64,000 nucleotides of DNA from Verrucomicrobiia bacterium (GCA_947462875.1 CANHQJ010000012.1:48118-112117), one strand, 5' to 3'; counted from the stretch's first letter, positions 50,147-59,570 are shown. Numbers and translations: made by a program. The notes: a model not told the origin generated them from the letters alone.

Positions 50147-50430
50147 ATCAAGCGTGGCGAGCATGGCCTGGTGCGATATAAATGACGCTGCCGATGATGT
50201 TGATCGCACCAAACGACAGACAGTCGCAAACTGTGTCATCCTGAAGTTCCTGCGCGTGCGGCGTCGATATATTCCTTGGCAAGGGGGTATGCTCCGCTAT
50301 CCTAATCCTTCGTGAACGCTCGGTTCATTCGCAGCACCGTTCCGCCCTGTGCGTGTGAAAAACCAGCGCCTTCACCCATGCGAAATGGCGCATGGGCCCG
50401 CTTACCGCATCCCTTCACCGATCGTTCGAA

Positions 50431-53400
50431 ATGATCCGCCATCAGAGAACAAAAGTCATCGTCGCATGCGCTGTCGCCTGTACGATGAGCTGCGCTGCCG
50501 CACCGGCACCGTTGATTTTTTTGACGGATTCGGTCGTCGATGACAAAGCGCTGGTCACCCCCGTGGGCACTGCTTTTGCCGGAGCGATGAACGGAACGGC
50601 GTTTCAGAACGACATCATCGTCAGCCACAACGGATGGCAGTACACCGCGTGGTATGATACCGTCGGAACCGATCAGAGTGTCTGGTTGGGGCGCCGGAGC
50701 ATACGCGGCCCCTTTGCGGGCAGTTGGGAAAAATTCGATACCGGTTCCGATCAGATCAATGGTGACGAAAGCACCTGGGACACTCATAACACCATCTCGC
50801 TTGGCATTTCGAAAGCCGATGGCATTCTCCACATGTCATGGGATCATCATGGCAACACCCTGCGCTACCGGCGCAGCTTCCCCGGCCTGACCACCTACTC
50901 TGACGGGGTGTGGAATGCCTCGGGGATCAAGACGGAGCAGAACTGGATCACTGCCGCGGGCAGCGGCATCACGGGCGTGACCTATCCGATGTTCATCAAC
51001 ACCCCGGAAGACACGTTGCTTTTCAACTATCGCACCGGTGGCTCGAACAACGGCTCGAATTGGCTGGCCTTGTGGCAACCCTCTTCCGCCAACTATGCGC
51101 CGCCGGTTTTGGTAACCATCAAGGATGGCTCCTATACCGGTCTCTCCAACAATGGCGGCAGCTTCACATCGACCAGCCGCAATGCCTATGCGAATGGGTT
51201 TGATTTCGACAACGATGGCAAACTTCATTACACGTGGACATGGCGCGAAAGCGTGGTGGCATCCAATCATGATCTATGCTACGCCTACAGTCCCGACCGG
51301 GGGATCAAGTGGTACAATAACGCCGGCGCGCTCATTGCCGATACCTCGCTGGGACAGCGCATACGTGTCGACACGCCGGGCACCGTGGTGGTGCCTCTCG
51401 ACTGCCGGCAGCAGTTGATCAACCAGCAAACCCAGTGTGTCGACGCGCAAGGTCGCCTGCACCTGCTGGTCTATCACCGCCGCCAGGAAGCGGGCTTCGA
51501 ATGGACTCCGGGTGATGCCCCCTTCAGCGGTGAGGATACGGCTTATTTTCATTATTTCCGCAATCCTTCCAACGGGGTATGGACCGGTTCACGACTGCCT
51601 GTCAGCCACCCCGTGGGCTCAAGACCCGATGTGGAAACGCTGCCGAATGGCGATATCTACACAGTCTATCGATCGGGCAAACAACTGGTCATCGCCGCTG
51701 CGACGGCAGCGGCGAATTACACGGACTGGACGATTCTGACGACCATGGGAACGAATTTCGCCGGTGAGCCTCGTCTTGATCATGACCGCTTGCGCCGCTG
51801 CGGAGTGCTCTCCGTTTTTGTTTCCGAGGACGCTCCCTCTTCCAGCACGCCCACACCGGTGCCTTTGCATGTGCTGGATTTTGCCACCGGAGCGGTGTTC
51901 GAAGCCCATGCCGGACAGGATCAACGCGTGCTGGACATCGACGGTGATGGCGCGCAAACAATTTCGTTAGAGGGAGGGGTGGGTTCCACGGCAGGCGCAT
52001 CCGTTGTCTCGCAGCGATGGATGTATCAGGGAACGATGGTGGCGAATCAGGCCGCATGCAGCATCAGCCTTCCGGCTGGCACGCACAGTCTTGTCTATGA
52101 GGCCACCTCGAATGAGGGGCTTGTTTCCACGGACAGCGTGCTCGTGACCGTTGTCGCGTTATCGGTCAGACTTCCGATCCTCAGCGCAACTGCCTCAACT
52201 CATGACGGCAATGTGCCGCAGAATACCCTGGACGGAAATGCGTCCACTCGCTGGTCCGCGTTCGGTGAGGGCGAGTTCCTCACGTGGGAGTTATCGCACA
52301 TCGCCAGAGTCCGCTCAATCGCGCTTGCTTTCTATCAGGGCAATGCGCGAAGATCCACCTTTGACCTCCTGACATCGCTGGATGGCGTCCACTGGATTCC
52401 CGCTCTCACGCGATCCATGAGTTCCGGAACATCGTTGGAGCCGGAAACGTTCGATATTCCCGATACCCCGGCACGTTTCATCCGCTACGTGGGTTACGGC
52501 AACACACTGAATCTGTGGAATAGCCTGACGGAAGCGGCCTTCGACTTCGCCACGCCACAACCCTACACGCCTGATTCCGAAACCCTGCATCTGTGGCACC
52601 TCGATGAATCCATCGCGCCCTTTGCCAATGCCGCCCAGCCGTCGCATTCCCTGACCGGACAACACAATGGCGCGCTGGCCCGGCACACCGCCGCGAGCGG
52701 CTTCGGTTCCGCCGTCAATTTCAATACGGGCACCGGCACCAACCGTGGGATCATCACGTATGCCTCCTCCCTTTCCGCGCTGGTGACGCCCGAAACTCCT
52801 GACACTTTCGCTTATCACGGGCCGGAGGGCGCGTTCACGATCGAGGCCCTGGTGCGCTTCGATACCCATCCCTCCCAATGGACCTCCGCAGGACAGATCA
52901 TCGCCATGGAAGGTGATGGTTCCGGTTTGCAGGATCGTGTGTTTCAGTTTCGCGTCATGTCCGCGAATGGACTGGCGGTCTTGCAATTCAACAAACTTTC
53001 CGTCGCCACAGAATCGCTGACAGTCCCGCTTCCCACGGAAGGGATTCACGCGGTGGCGACCGATGGGTGGTTTCACGTGGCCGTAACTTGCAATGGCAAG
53101 GCTGGTGAAACGGACAATACCCGGTTCTATTGGACGCGTCTTGATTCAGGCATGGCGGCCGCCAATCAGGTGGGAACGGGCACCTTATCCGCGAACTTCA
53201 GCTTTTCCACCATGCAGGGGGATTTTTCCATCGGCAACGAGGCCCGCTCCTCGGGAGGAAGTTCGGAGGTATTCATCGGGGCCATTGATGAGGTGAGAAT
53301 CAGCTCGATCGCCCGCAGCCCCTCGGATTTTTTATTCTCCCATGATGCCGATCAGGATCAGCTCGCGGATTCATGGGAAATGTCACACTTCGGCCATCTG

Positions 53401-53694
53401 ACCCAGGGCTCACTGGATGATTATGATGGAGACGGCACCAGCAATCTAGTCGAGTCCGCGTTGCAGCTCGATCCTGCGAACGGAAATTCCCAATTTCGCG
53501 CGCAAATGCGTCGTATCAATCAAACCGTGTCGCTGACCTGGCCGAGCGCGCCAGGCGTGCGTTTTCGGGTCGAACGCTCCACGGATCTTTCCGGAATGTG
53601 GAACGATGTGGGAACCACAGTTGACGGATCATTTACGGACGCCAATCCCCCCGCAGAGCGCGCATTCTATCGTGTCAGGCTTCTGTATCCGTGA
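50431..53694 (+). CDS. Large secreted protein: BNR/sialidase-like propeller (BNR_4-like), F5/8 type C discoidin domain, LamG domain, conserved C-terminal module
   Basis: Start chosen at MIRHQRTKVIVACAVACTMSCAAA. The N-terminal region is HNGWQYTAWYD...HMSWDHHGNTLRYRR. The discoidin-like segment is LDGNASTRWSAFGEGEFLTWELS. A LamG-like region and a C-terminal DDYDGDGTSNLVESALQLDP...AFYRVRLLYP tail follow. Confidence 0.6.
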   Translation: MIRHQRTKVIVACAVACTMSCAAAPAPLIFLTDSVVDDKALVTPVGTAFAGAMNGTAFQNDIIVSHNGWQYTAWYDTVGTDQSVWLGRRSIRGPFAGSWEKFDTGSDQINGDESTWDTHNTISLGISKADGILHMSWDHHGNTLRYRRSFPGLTTYSDGVWNASGIKTEQNWITAAGSGITGVTYPMFINTPEDTLLFNYRTGGSNNGSNWLALWQPSSANYAPPVLVTIKDGSYTGLSNNGGSFTSTSRNAYANGFDFDNDGKLHYTWTWRESVVASNHDLCYAYSPDRGIKWYNNAGALIADTSLGQRIRVDTPGTVVVPLDCRQQLINQQTQCVDAQGRLHLLVYHRRQEAGFEWTPGDAPFSGEDTAYFHYFRNPSNGVWTGSRLPVSHPVGSRPDVETLPNGDIYTVYRSGKQLVIAAATAAANYTDWTILTTMGTNFAGEPRLDHDRLRRCGVLSVFVSEDAPSSSTPTPVPLHVLDFATGAVFEAHAGQDQRVLDIDGDGAQTISLEGGVGSTAGASVVSQRWMYQGTMVANQAACSISLPAGTHSLVYEATSNEGLVSTDSVLVTVVALSVRLPILSATASTHDGNVPQNTLDGNASTRWSAFGEGEFLTWELSHIARVRSIALAFYQGNARRSTFDLLTSLDGVHWIPALTRSMSSGTSLEPETFDIPDTPARFIRYVGYGNTLNLWNSLTEAAFDFATPQPYTPDSETLHLWHLDESIAPFANAAQPSHSLTGQHNGALARHTAASGFGSAVNFNTGTGTNRGIITYASSLSALVTPETPDTFAYHGPEGAFTIEALVRFDTHPSQWTSAGQIIAMEGDGSGLQDRVFQFRVMSANGLAVLQFNKLSVATESLTVPLPTEGIHAVATDGWFHVAVTCNGKAGETDNTRFYWTRLDSGMAAANQVGTGTLSANFSFSTMQGDFSIGNEARSSGGSSEVFIGAIDEVRISSIARSPSDFLFSHDADQDQLADSWEMSHFGHLTQGSLDDYDGDGTSNLVESALQLDPANGNSQFRAQMRRINQTVSLTWPSAPGVRFRVERSTDLSGMWNDVGTTVDGSFTDANPPAERAFYRVRLLYP

Positions 53695-53797
53695 ATCCGG
53701 CGATGTCCAGTACGGTGGGACACATACATGTCCCCATGGCAGACGGGAACGTAGGGATTCTGCGGCATCCAGCAGTCCATTTTCACGGAAAAGGCCT

Positions 53798-54526
53798 TTA
53801 TTTCTTCTTCGCCAACGCAATGGCTTTCTCGGCAAAACGTTGGCCCAAGGTCGCGTAGCCAGCTTTGTTGTAGTGCAGTCCATTGTTGTCTCCATTGAGA
53901 TCGTCGGTATCAACCCACGCTCCTCTGGGGTTGCCCTCGGCCAGTTTGATCTGGATTTCACGGATACGGGTCCAGTGGGGATAGTTCTTGTTCTGCATGT
54001 CGAAGTCACTGATCCGACCGATGACAAAGTTGATGTCTTTGAGCTTCAGATCCTTTTTCAACTGATCGAGAATCGCTTGGAAGCTGCGTGCATAGACATC
54101 GGCGAGTTGCTCCTTGGCGTCGCGCTCGCCCTGCATCCAGACGAAAGTCACCGAATCGTAGGTGCTGCCCTGGATCGACGCCTGCACGGCTTGCAGCAGA
54201 TCCGCGTACTTCCTGCCCATGTTTTTCTTTTCCTTTTCGTCAATCTCGCGTTTGTCGGGAAATTGGTAGTCTTGCACCCAACTGCGGATCGGGGCGCCAC
54301 TCAGGGCGTTCTTGACCACGGTGACATTGTCCTTGCCGAAGGCGGCCTCGACTGCTGGCGTAAATGAAGCCTTGGGATCCAATCCCGCCATGTTGGATTG
54401 ACCAGAGAGAATGAACAGGTGTTTCCCTTCCGCCAGAACCGTCGCTGGTATCAACATCGTCAGTATGATGGCGCATCGAAAGAGGGGCTGCAGTCTGGAG
54501 ATGGATTTGCTATGGTGCTTTTTCAT
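53798..54526 (-). CDS. SASA/DUF303 O-acetylesterase, catalytic domain only
   Basis: Start chosen at MKKHHSKSISRLQPLFRCAIILTMLIPATVLA (signal peptide) with LFILSGQSNMAGL immediately after, giving about 243 aa. Confidence 0.7.
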   Translation of the reverse strand: MKKHHSKSISRLQPLFRCAIILTMLIPATVLAEGKHLFILSGQSNMAGLDPKASFTPAVEAAFGKDNVTVVKNALSGAPIRSWVQDYQFPDKREIDEKEKKNMGRKYADLLQAVQASIQGSTYDSVTFVWMQGERDAKEQLADVYARSFQAILDQLKKDLKLKDINFVIGRISDFDMQNKNYPHWTRIREIQIKLAEGNPRGAWVDTDDLNGDNNGLHYNKAGYATLGQRFAEKAIALAKKK

Positions 54527-54566
54527 GGATGTTGTCGTGTGGTGATTTGTTTCTTGGCGTGGGTTC

Positions 54567-55004
54567 TCATTTTCCCTGGGTTTGGCGTATCTCATCATAC
54601 CCGCAAGTGGTGAAGGGTCCGATGGGCATGCCGTCGGTCTTGTAAAGGAGATGGCCGTGTGGTTGGCTGGTGTAGGCGTAGCGCACGGCGATAGGATTCG
54701 CTACGCCCTTGGCGGAGACGACAAGCTGGGAGTCGTCGATTTTGCCGTCGGCCCAGTGCCACCGCCCCTCGGCGTCCGCAGTGGATGAGGCGGTTTTCCC
54801 ATCGAAACTGACGGTTACTTTCGCTCCCGGAAGCGAAGTCCCCCATACGGGCAGTTGGATCTTTTGCTGGAGCACGCCGTTGTCACGGAATGGCTGGGCC
54901 ATGAGCGGTTCCAGCGTGGGCGCTGACTCGGCTGCCGATGGGGTAATCGCGAGACAGATGATGGCAATGGCGGATGCGAGGCTAGGGATGCAATGACGTT
55001 TCAT
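54567..55004 (-). CDS. Small secreted beta-sandwich protein resembling the non-catalytic N- and C-terminal sandwiches of long SASA esterases
   Basis: 145 aa with signal peptide. QPFRDNGVLQQKIQLPVWGTSLPGAKVTVSFDGKTASSTADAEGRWHW aligns to the N-terminal sandwich of the esterase at 15167-17680 (DHMVLQREQAVPVWGWCAPNSEVRVSFDKQ...NKGHWQ). VRYAYTSQPHGHLLYKTDGMPIGPFTT aligns to that esterase's C-terminal sandwich ([27 protein letters not shown]). Confidence 0.55.
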   Translation of the reverse strand: MKRHCIPSLASAIAIICLAITPSAAESAPTLEPLMAQPFRDNGVLQQKIQLPVWGTSLPGAKVTVSFDGKTASSTADAEGRWHWADGKIDDSQLVVSAKGVANPIAVRYAYTSQPHGHLLYKTDGMPIGPFTTCGYDEIRQTQGK

Positions 55005-55043
55005 AGCGTTTTGCTCGCGTTGGGAAATGGGAGGCTTTCGATG

Positions 55044-56738
55044 TCAGCGTTTCTTTTTCGACCCGGGCTTCGGATAGATGTAGGTGCGCTCGGCTTCCTT
55101 CTCCCACAATTCGCGCAGTTCGCGAGCTTTCTCCGGATTTTTTTGACTGAGATTGGTGCTTTCGCCTCGGTCCTCCTCGATCGCGTAGAGTTCCCAGGGC
55201 TGCGTCTCTCCGGCGCGCACCAGTTTCCATGGTCCTTTCCGGATCGCGGCTCTGCCGTAGTGTTCGAAGAGCAAGGCCCGTTCTTCTTTGCGATCGGCGG
55301 CGAAACCGCCGGCAAGGCTGCGTCCCTCCAGCGGTAGTATCTCGTGATCGGCGAAGCGTGCGGGATACTTCGCACCTGACAGTTCCACGCAGGTGGCCAT
55401 GATGTCGATCAGGTGCCCCGGTTCCTGGCGCAGTTGGTTGCGGGCCGCGATCCCCTTGGGCCAGTGGGCGATCAGCGGGGTGGAGATCCCGCCTTCGTGA
55501 TTGCTGCTCTTGTATTCGCGGAAGGGGGTGTTGGAGACATTCGCCCAGTCGCGACCATAGGCAATGTAGGTGTCCGCCGGGCCGGGCATTTCCCCTGGAC
55601 CGGTGCGCACCGGTCGGCCTTCGCGCGACCGATCAGGGACCATCTTGGTCTGTAGCTCATCTTTACCCATCGGTACGATGTCATCGGGAAGCGGTCTTTT
55701 GGGAGCCTTGCGGCCATTGGCCTCGGCGCATCCGCCGTTGTCCTGCATGTAGAGGATCAGCGTGTTCTCGAACTGACCGGTGGCTTTCAGGCTATCGACG
55801 ATTCTCCCGATGCCCTGGTCCATCGAATCGACCATCGCCGCATACACCTCCATGCACCGCAACTCCCACGCCTTGGCGGACTCGTCCACACTTTTCCATT
55901 TCGTCGCGCCGGGGCTGAGTTCCCAGTCGCCGATGACGCCGAGCTCCTTCATCTTCTTGTAGCGCGCCTCGCGGATCGCCTCGTATCCGGCATCATAACG
56001 CCCCTTGTATTTGGCGATGTCCTGATCGAGGGCGTGCATCGGCCAGTGGGCGGCGGTGTAGGCGACATAGAGGAAAAAAGGTTGGTCCGCGTGGTTCGCT
56101 GCGTGCTCACGGATGTAACGCGATGCGTAGTCGCTGATCGCATGGGTGTAGTAGTATTGCTCGGGTTGGTATTCCTTGTCGTTGACGGGAGTGAGCGCCT
56201 CGTTGCCGCGGGTGAGGGTCCAGGGATCGAAAAAACTTCCCGCGCCGATGATGGTGCCGTAGAAGCGGTCGAAGCCGCGTTGCAAGGGCCAGTTTTTCTT
56301 GTCCCCATCGGGACGGAGCTGCGCGGTCACGTGCCACTTGCCTGTCATGTAAGTCCGGTAGCCCGCCGGCTTGAGTGCCTCGGCGATGGTCACCGCGTTG
56401 CGTGACAGGTCACCCCGGTAGCCACGCTGGCCGCCGTCACCGGTCATCTCACCGATGCCCGCCTGGTGGGCATAGAGACCGGTCAGGAGTGAGGCACGGG
56501 TGGGGCAGCAACGTCCGGTGTTGTAGAACCGGGTGTAGCGCAGACCGTTGGCCGCAAGCCGATCGAGATTCGGTGTCGCGATCTCTCCGCCGTAACAGCC
56601 GAGGTCCGAGTAACCCATGTCATCGGACAAGACGACGATGATGTTAGGTTTCGGCGCAGGCTGGGCACAGAGCGTGGGAGGAGCCAAGGCCATCAGGAGC
56701 GTTAGGTTGAGAATGCTTACCAAGCCGGGAACTTTCAT
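55044..56738 (-). CDS. Sulfatase (S1 family)
   Basis: Start chosen at MKVPGLVSILNLTLLMALA (56738), preceded by GGGGGAG. The ORF is open to 56822. Motifs PNIIVVLSDDMGYSD and CCPTRASLLTG. Confidence 0.85.
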   Translation of the reverse strand: MKVPGLVSILNLTLLMALAPPTLCAQPAPKPNIIVVLSDDMGYSDLGCYGGEIATPNLDRLAANGLRYTRFYNTGRCCPTRASLLTGLYAHQAGIGEMTGDGGQRGYRGDLSRNAVTIAEALKPAGYRTYMTGKWHVTAQLRPDGDKKNWPLQRGFDRFYGTIIGAGSFFDPWTLTRGNEALTPVNDKEYQPEQYYYTHAISDYASRYIREHAANHADQPFFLYVAYTAAHWPMHALDQDIAKYKGRYDAGYEAIREARYKKMKELGVIGDWELSPGATKWKSVDESAKAWELRCMEVYAAMVDSMDQGIGRIVDSLKATGQFENTLILYMQDNGGCAEANGRKAPKRPLPDDIVPMGKDELQTKMVPDRSREGRPVRTGPGEMPGPADTYIAYGRDWANVSNTPFREYKSSNHEGGISTPLIAHWPKGIAARNQLRQEPGHLIDIMATCVELSGAKYPARFADHEILPLEGRSLAGGFAADRKEERALLFEHYGRAAIRKGPWKLVRAGETQPWELYAIEEDRGESTNLSQKNPEKARELRELWEKEAERTYIYPKPGSKKKR

Positions 56739-56759
56739 GCTCCCCCGAATACCGCCTCC

Positions 56760-56812
56760 CTGCGCCATTTTTTTCAAATGTCGCCATGAGCGAAGGAATT
56801 GTTCAAACCCAT
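56760..56812. repeat. Copy A of an ~53-bp dispersed direct repeat
   Basis: CTGCGCCATTTTTTTCAAATGTCGCCATGAGCGAAGGAATTGTTCAAACCCAT. It is about 83% identical to copy B at 59816-59868, in the same orientation. Confidence 0.7.
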
Positions 56813-56959
56813 TCGTCACCAATTTTTTCGCCTTCTTGTCATCATCTCTGCGTCATTTTTGGTGTTGTAATTTCAATAAGCCAATCAGGCGTTGATCCGC
56901 TGGGGCATTTATGGAATCATCAAAAAAATTAACTCTGAAATTCCCAACACGAAAACACC

Positions 56960-57640
56960 ATGAGAATCCTGCTCATTGAAGATTCGAAACGACTGCGCGA
57001 GACAGTCGCCAAGGTCATGAGGCGATCGGGTTACAAGGTGGACGAGAGCGGGGACGGCGAGGAAGGGCTGTGGAAGGCACGGGAGAATGCCTATGATGCC
57101 ATCATTCTCGACATCATGCTGCCCGGCCGTGACGGTTTGGATGTGCTCGAAACGTTGCGCCGGGAAAAGTGCGACGTGCCGGTCCTGATGTTGACAGCCC
57201 GAGACACCATTCAGGATCGGGTGCGGGGTCTGCGACAGGGTGCCGACGATTACCTCTGTAAGCCCTTCGCTCTGGACGAGCTATTGGCCCGCATCGAGGT
57301 GCTGTGTCGGCGGGGCTACGGGCAGCGCGACCCGTTGATCCGAGTGGGGGATTTAGAAATCGATACGGTAGCCCGGAGGGCGTGCCGTGCCGGACATGAA
57401 CTCGATCTCACGGCACGCGAGCTCGCCCTGCTCGAACTGCTAGCCCTCAACCCGGGCGCGTGCCTGTCCCGTACGCGCATCGAGGAGCACATTTACGACG
57501 AATTGGTCTCCCCCATGAGCAATGTGGTCGATTCGACGGTTTACGCGCTGCGCAAAAAACTGTGCGTCGCGAAGGATATGCCGCCGCTCATTCATACCCG
57601 CCGCAAGCAGGGTTACATCCTGGAGGAACGAAGCTCATGA
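56960..57640 (+). CDS. OmpR-family response regulator (receiver plus winged-helix)
   Basis: MRILLIEDSKRL...DAIILDIMLPGRDGLDVLETLR...LMLTARD; the phospho-acceptor is the Asp in ILDIM. The C-terminal winged helix reads ...LTARELALLELLALNPG. Confidence 0.85.
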   Translation: MRILLIEDSKRLRETVAKVMRRSGYKVDESGDGEEGLWKARENAYDAIILDIMLPGRDGLDVLETLRREKCDVPVLMLTARDTIQDRVRGLRQGADDYLCKPFALDELLARIEVLCRRGYGQRDPLIRVGDLEIDTVARRACRAGHELDLTARELALLELLALNPGACLSRTRIEEHIYDELVSPMSNVVDSTVYALRKKLCVAKDMPPLIHTRRKQGYILEERSS

Positions 57641-59040
57641 AGTCGATCCGCCGTCGCTTGATCCTGTGGCTGCTGCCAGGCTTTGCCGTGCTTTGGCTGG
57701 CGGGGGGGACTACTGTCTTTTTTCTGTTCCGCGCATCGGAATTCGCGCGGATCGATACCCGGATGGAAGACCTCGAACGCTCGGTAAGCTTGATGATGGC
57801 CGCAGAAGCCGCGAAGGAAAATCCCGGCTTGGGCCAAGGCCCCAAGCGCAGACGGGTTCGCCTGCCGGAATTCGATGAACCGGGGAGCGGCTATTATTAT
57901 GCGATCTTCACGGAGGCGGGTGAGTTGGTGCAGCAATCTCCATCGCTCGATGGGCGAAGCCTGCCTGCGGCGGAGCCTGGCGTGGGAGCATCGAACGTCC
58001 GCCTCAAGGATGGAGAAGACGTGCGGCTGAGAGCAACGCCGCTGAATGATGGCACCCGCCGCGGAGTTGGTCGCGCGCGCGCGGGAGCGCAAATGCAATC
58101 CGGCACCGCTGTGGTGGCCATCAGTTTGGAGGAAGCGCAACAATCGCTTGCCGGGCTGGTCATTGGTATGGTCGTCACGGGAGGAATCGGTGCGGCGGCC
58201 TGTGCCCTGCTGATCGGGTTGGCCCTGCGCGATGGATTGAAACCGCTCAGGGTGCTGGGCAGCGAAGTAGCACAAATCGCCCCGCAATCCCTCTCCACTC
58301 GATTCAGCACCGGCGGTCTTCCGCGCGAGATCGGGCCGGTGGTCGGTCTTCTCAACCAACTGCTAGACCGGTTTGAGGAGGGATTTCACCGCGAGCGGCA
58401 ATTCAGTGCCGACTTGGCGCACGAGCTGCGCACACCGCTCGCCGAATCGCGCAGCCTGATCGAGATGGGATTGCGCTATCCGGATGAGATCAACGAGCAT
58501 CAGCAGCGGGAGATCCTGCTAGCATCCGGGAGGATGGAGCGGATCGTCGATGCCATGCTTCAGTTGGCACGCTGCGAAGCCACCAAGGTGGAGAGCGACG
58601 AAGTGATCGGGCTGCGGCAACTGGTGGAAACGTGCTGGAAACCATGCGGTGCGGTGGCGGGAGAGCGCGGGATCCATTTGCAGATCGATCTAACGCCTGA
58701 TGGATCGGTCCGCGGCAGTGCGGATCTCTGGTCGTTGCTGGTTCGCAATCTTTTGTCGAATACCGCCGTCTACGCGCCGGAGAGAACAACCGTGTTCGTT
58801 TCAAGAAACAACGATGCGCTCCTCCAGATCGCCAATCAGGCACCCGACCTTCGGCAGGAGGACATAGAGCGGATGTTCGACCGATTTTGGCGGGCCGATC
58901 GCGTCCGTTCCGGTGATGAGCATAGCGGTCTAGGACTCTCCATCGCCCGGGCCTGCGCGGAAGCGATGGGCTTGTCGCTCACGGCTTCGCTCCATGAGAG
59001 TGAAGGATTGCGTTTGCTTTCGTTTTACATCAGGGCGTGA
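57637..59040 (+). CDS. Sensor histidine kinase (two TM helices, periplasmic sensor domain, HisKA plus HATPase_c)
   Basis: Its ATG overlaps the response-regulator stop (ATGA at 57637-57640). It begins MKSIRRRLILWLLPGFAVLWLAGGTTVFFLF. H-box LAHELRTPL, N-box LLSNTAVYAP, G-boxes DRFWRAD and GLGLSIA. Confidence 0.85.
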   Translation: MKSIRRRLILWLLPGFAVLWLAGGTTVFFLFRASEFARIDTRMEDLERSVSLMMAAEAAKENPGLGQGPKRRRVRLPEFDEPGSGYYYAIFTEAGELVQQSPSLDGRSLPAAEPGVGASNVRLKDGEDVRLRATPLNDGTRRGVGRARAGAQMQSGTAVVAISLEEAQQSLAGLVIGMVVTGGIGAAACALLIGLALRDGLKPLRVLGSEVAQIAPQSLSTRFSTGGLPREIGPVVGLLNQLLDRFEEGFHRERQFSADLAHELRTPLAESRSLIEMGLRYPDEINEHQQREILLASGRMERIVDAMLQLARCEATKVESDEVIGLRQLVETCWKPCGAVAGERGIHLQIDLTPDGSVRGSADLWSLLVRNLLSNTAVYAPERTTVFVSRNNDALLQIANQAPDLRQEDIERMFDRFWRADRVRSGDEHSGLGLSIARACAEAMGLSLTASLHESEGLRLLSFYIRA

Positions 59041-59155
59041 CGGTTGCCCACAGCTGATGGAGGTGAAAAATTCCCGCCACATCACCTTGCCATCATCTAG
59101 GAATGCTATCCTGAGGTCGCCAATCAGGCAAAACAACCACACAAAAGAAAACAGT

Positions 59156-59488
59156 ATGAAAATCATTACCATTGGAATCGTTGCCATGTTGGGCCTCACA
59201 GGGGCTTTGCATGCGCAGAAAGGAGAACGGAAAGGCGGTGACGGCCAATTGTTCGACAAGCTGGACACCGACGGTGACGGCATCGTCAGCAAGCAGGAAT
59301 GGGAGGCCAACTGGTCTGGCAAAGGCCATCACAATCGCGGGCAGGCAGGAGCGAAGGGGCGAAAAGGCCAAGGCCCTCGTGGTGCCCAAGGGGATGCTCG
59401 TCCGGGTGGTCCTGGCAAAGGCAAAGGCCGCCCGGGAGCCGGTGGCGCAGGCCGTGGTGCTCGCGGCGGCAAAGGTGGGGCGCAATGA
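59156..59488 (+). CDS. Small secreted EF-hand calcium-binding protein with Gly/Arg/Lys-rich tail
   Basis: Signal peptide MKIITIGIVAMLGLTGALHA. Canonical EF-hand loop DKLDTDGDGIVSKQE. The C-terminal ~55 aa are low-complexity (GQAGAKGRKGQGPRGAQGDARPGGPGKGKGRPGAGGAGRGARGGKGG). Confidence 0.6.
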   Translation: MKIITIGIVAMLGLTGALHAQKGERKGGDGQLFDKLDTDGDGIVSKQEWEANWSGKGHHNRGQAGAKGRKGQGPRGAQGDARPGGPGKGKGRPGAGGAGRGARGGKGGAQ

Positions 59489-59531
59489 TCGAACAAGTGC
59501 GATTCTCCTTATTCGGCGAAACGTGAAAACC

Positions 59532-59570
59532 AAGACGTCGCTCCCCGTGGAGCGGCGTCTTATTTGTTTG
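59532..59570 (+). terminator. Rho-independent terminator after the EF-hand gene
   Basis: Stem AAGACGTCGCTCC / GGAGCGGCGTCTT (one G-U wobble) with loop CCGTG, followed by ATTTGTTTG. Confidence 0.6.

Noticed and set aside
56774-56812. Twelve-codon minus-strand mini-ORF inside each copy of the 53-bp repeat (MGLNNSFAHGDI / MGLNASFACSEI), possible leader peptide for the sulfatase
   Set aside because: Differences between the copies are not biased to synonymous positions (codon 5 differs at all three sites). The Shine-Dalgarno signals are weak. An RNA or DNA-structure explanation (stem conserved, loop variable) fits better. It is mentioned in the finding but not called as a gene.
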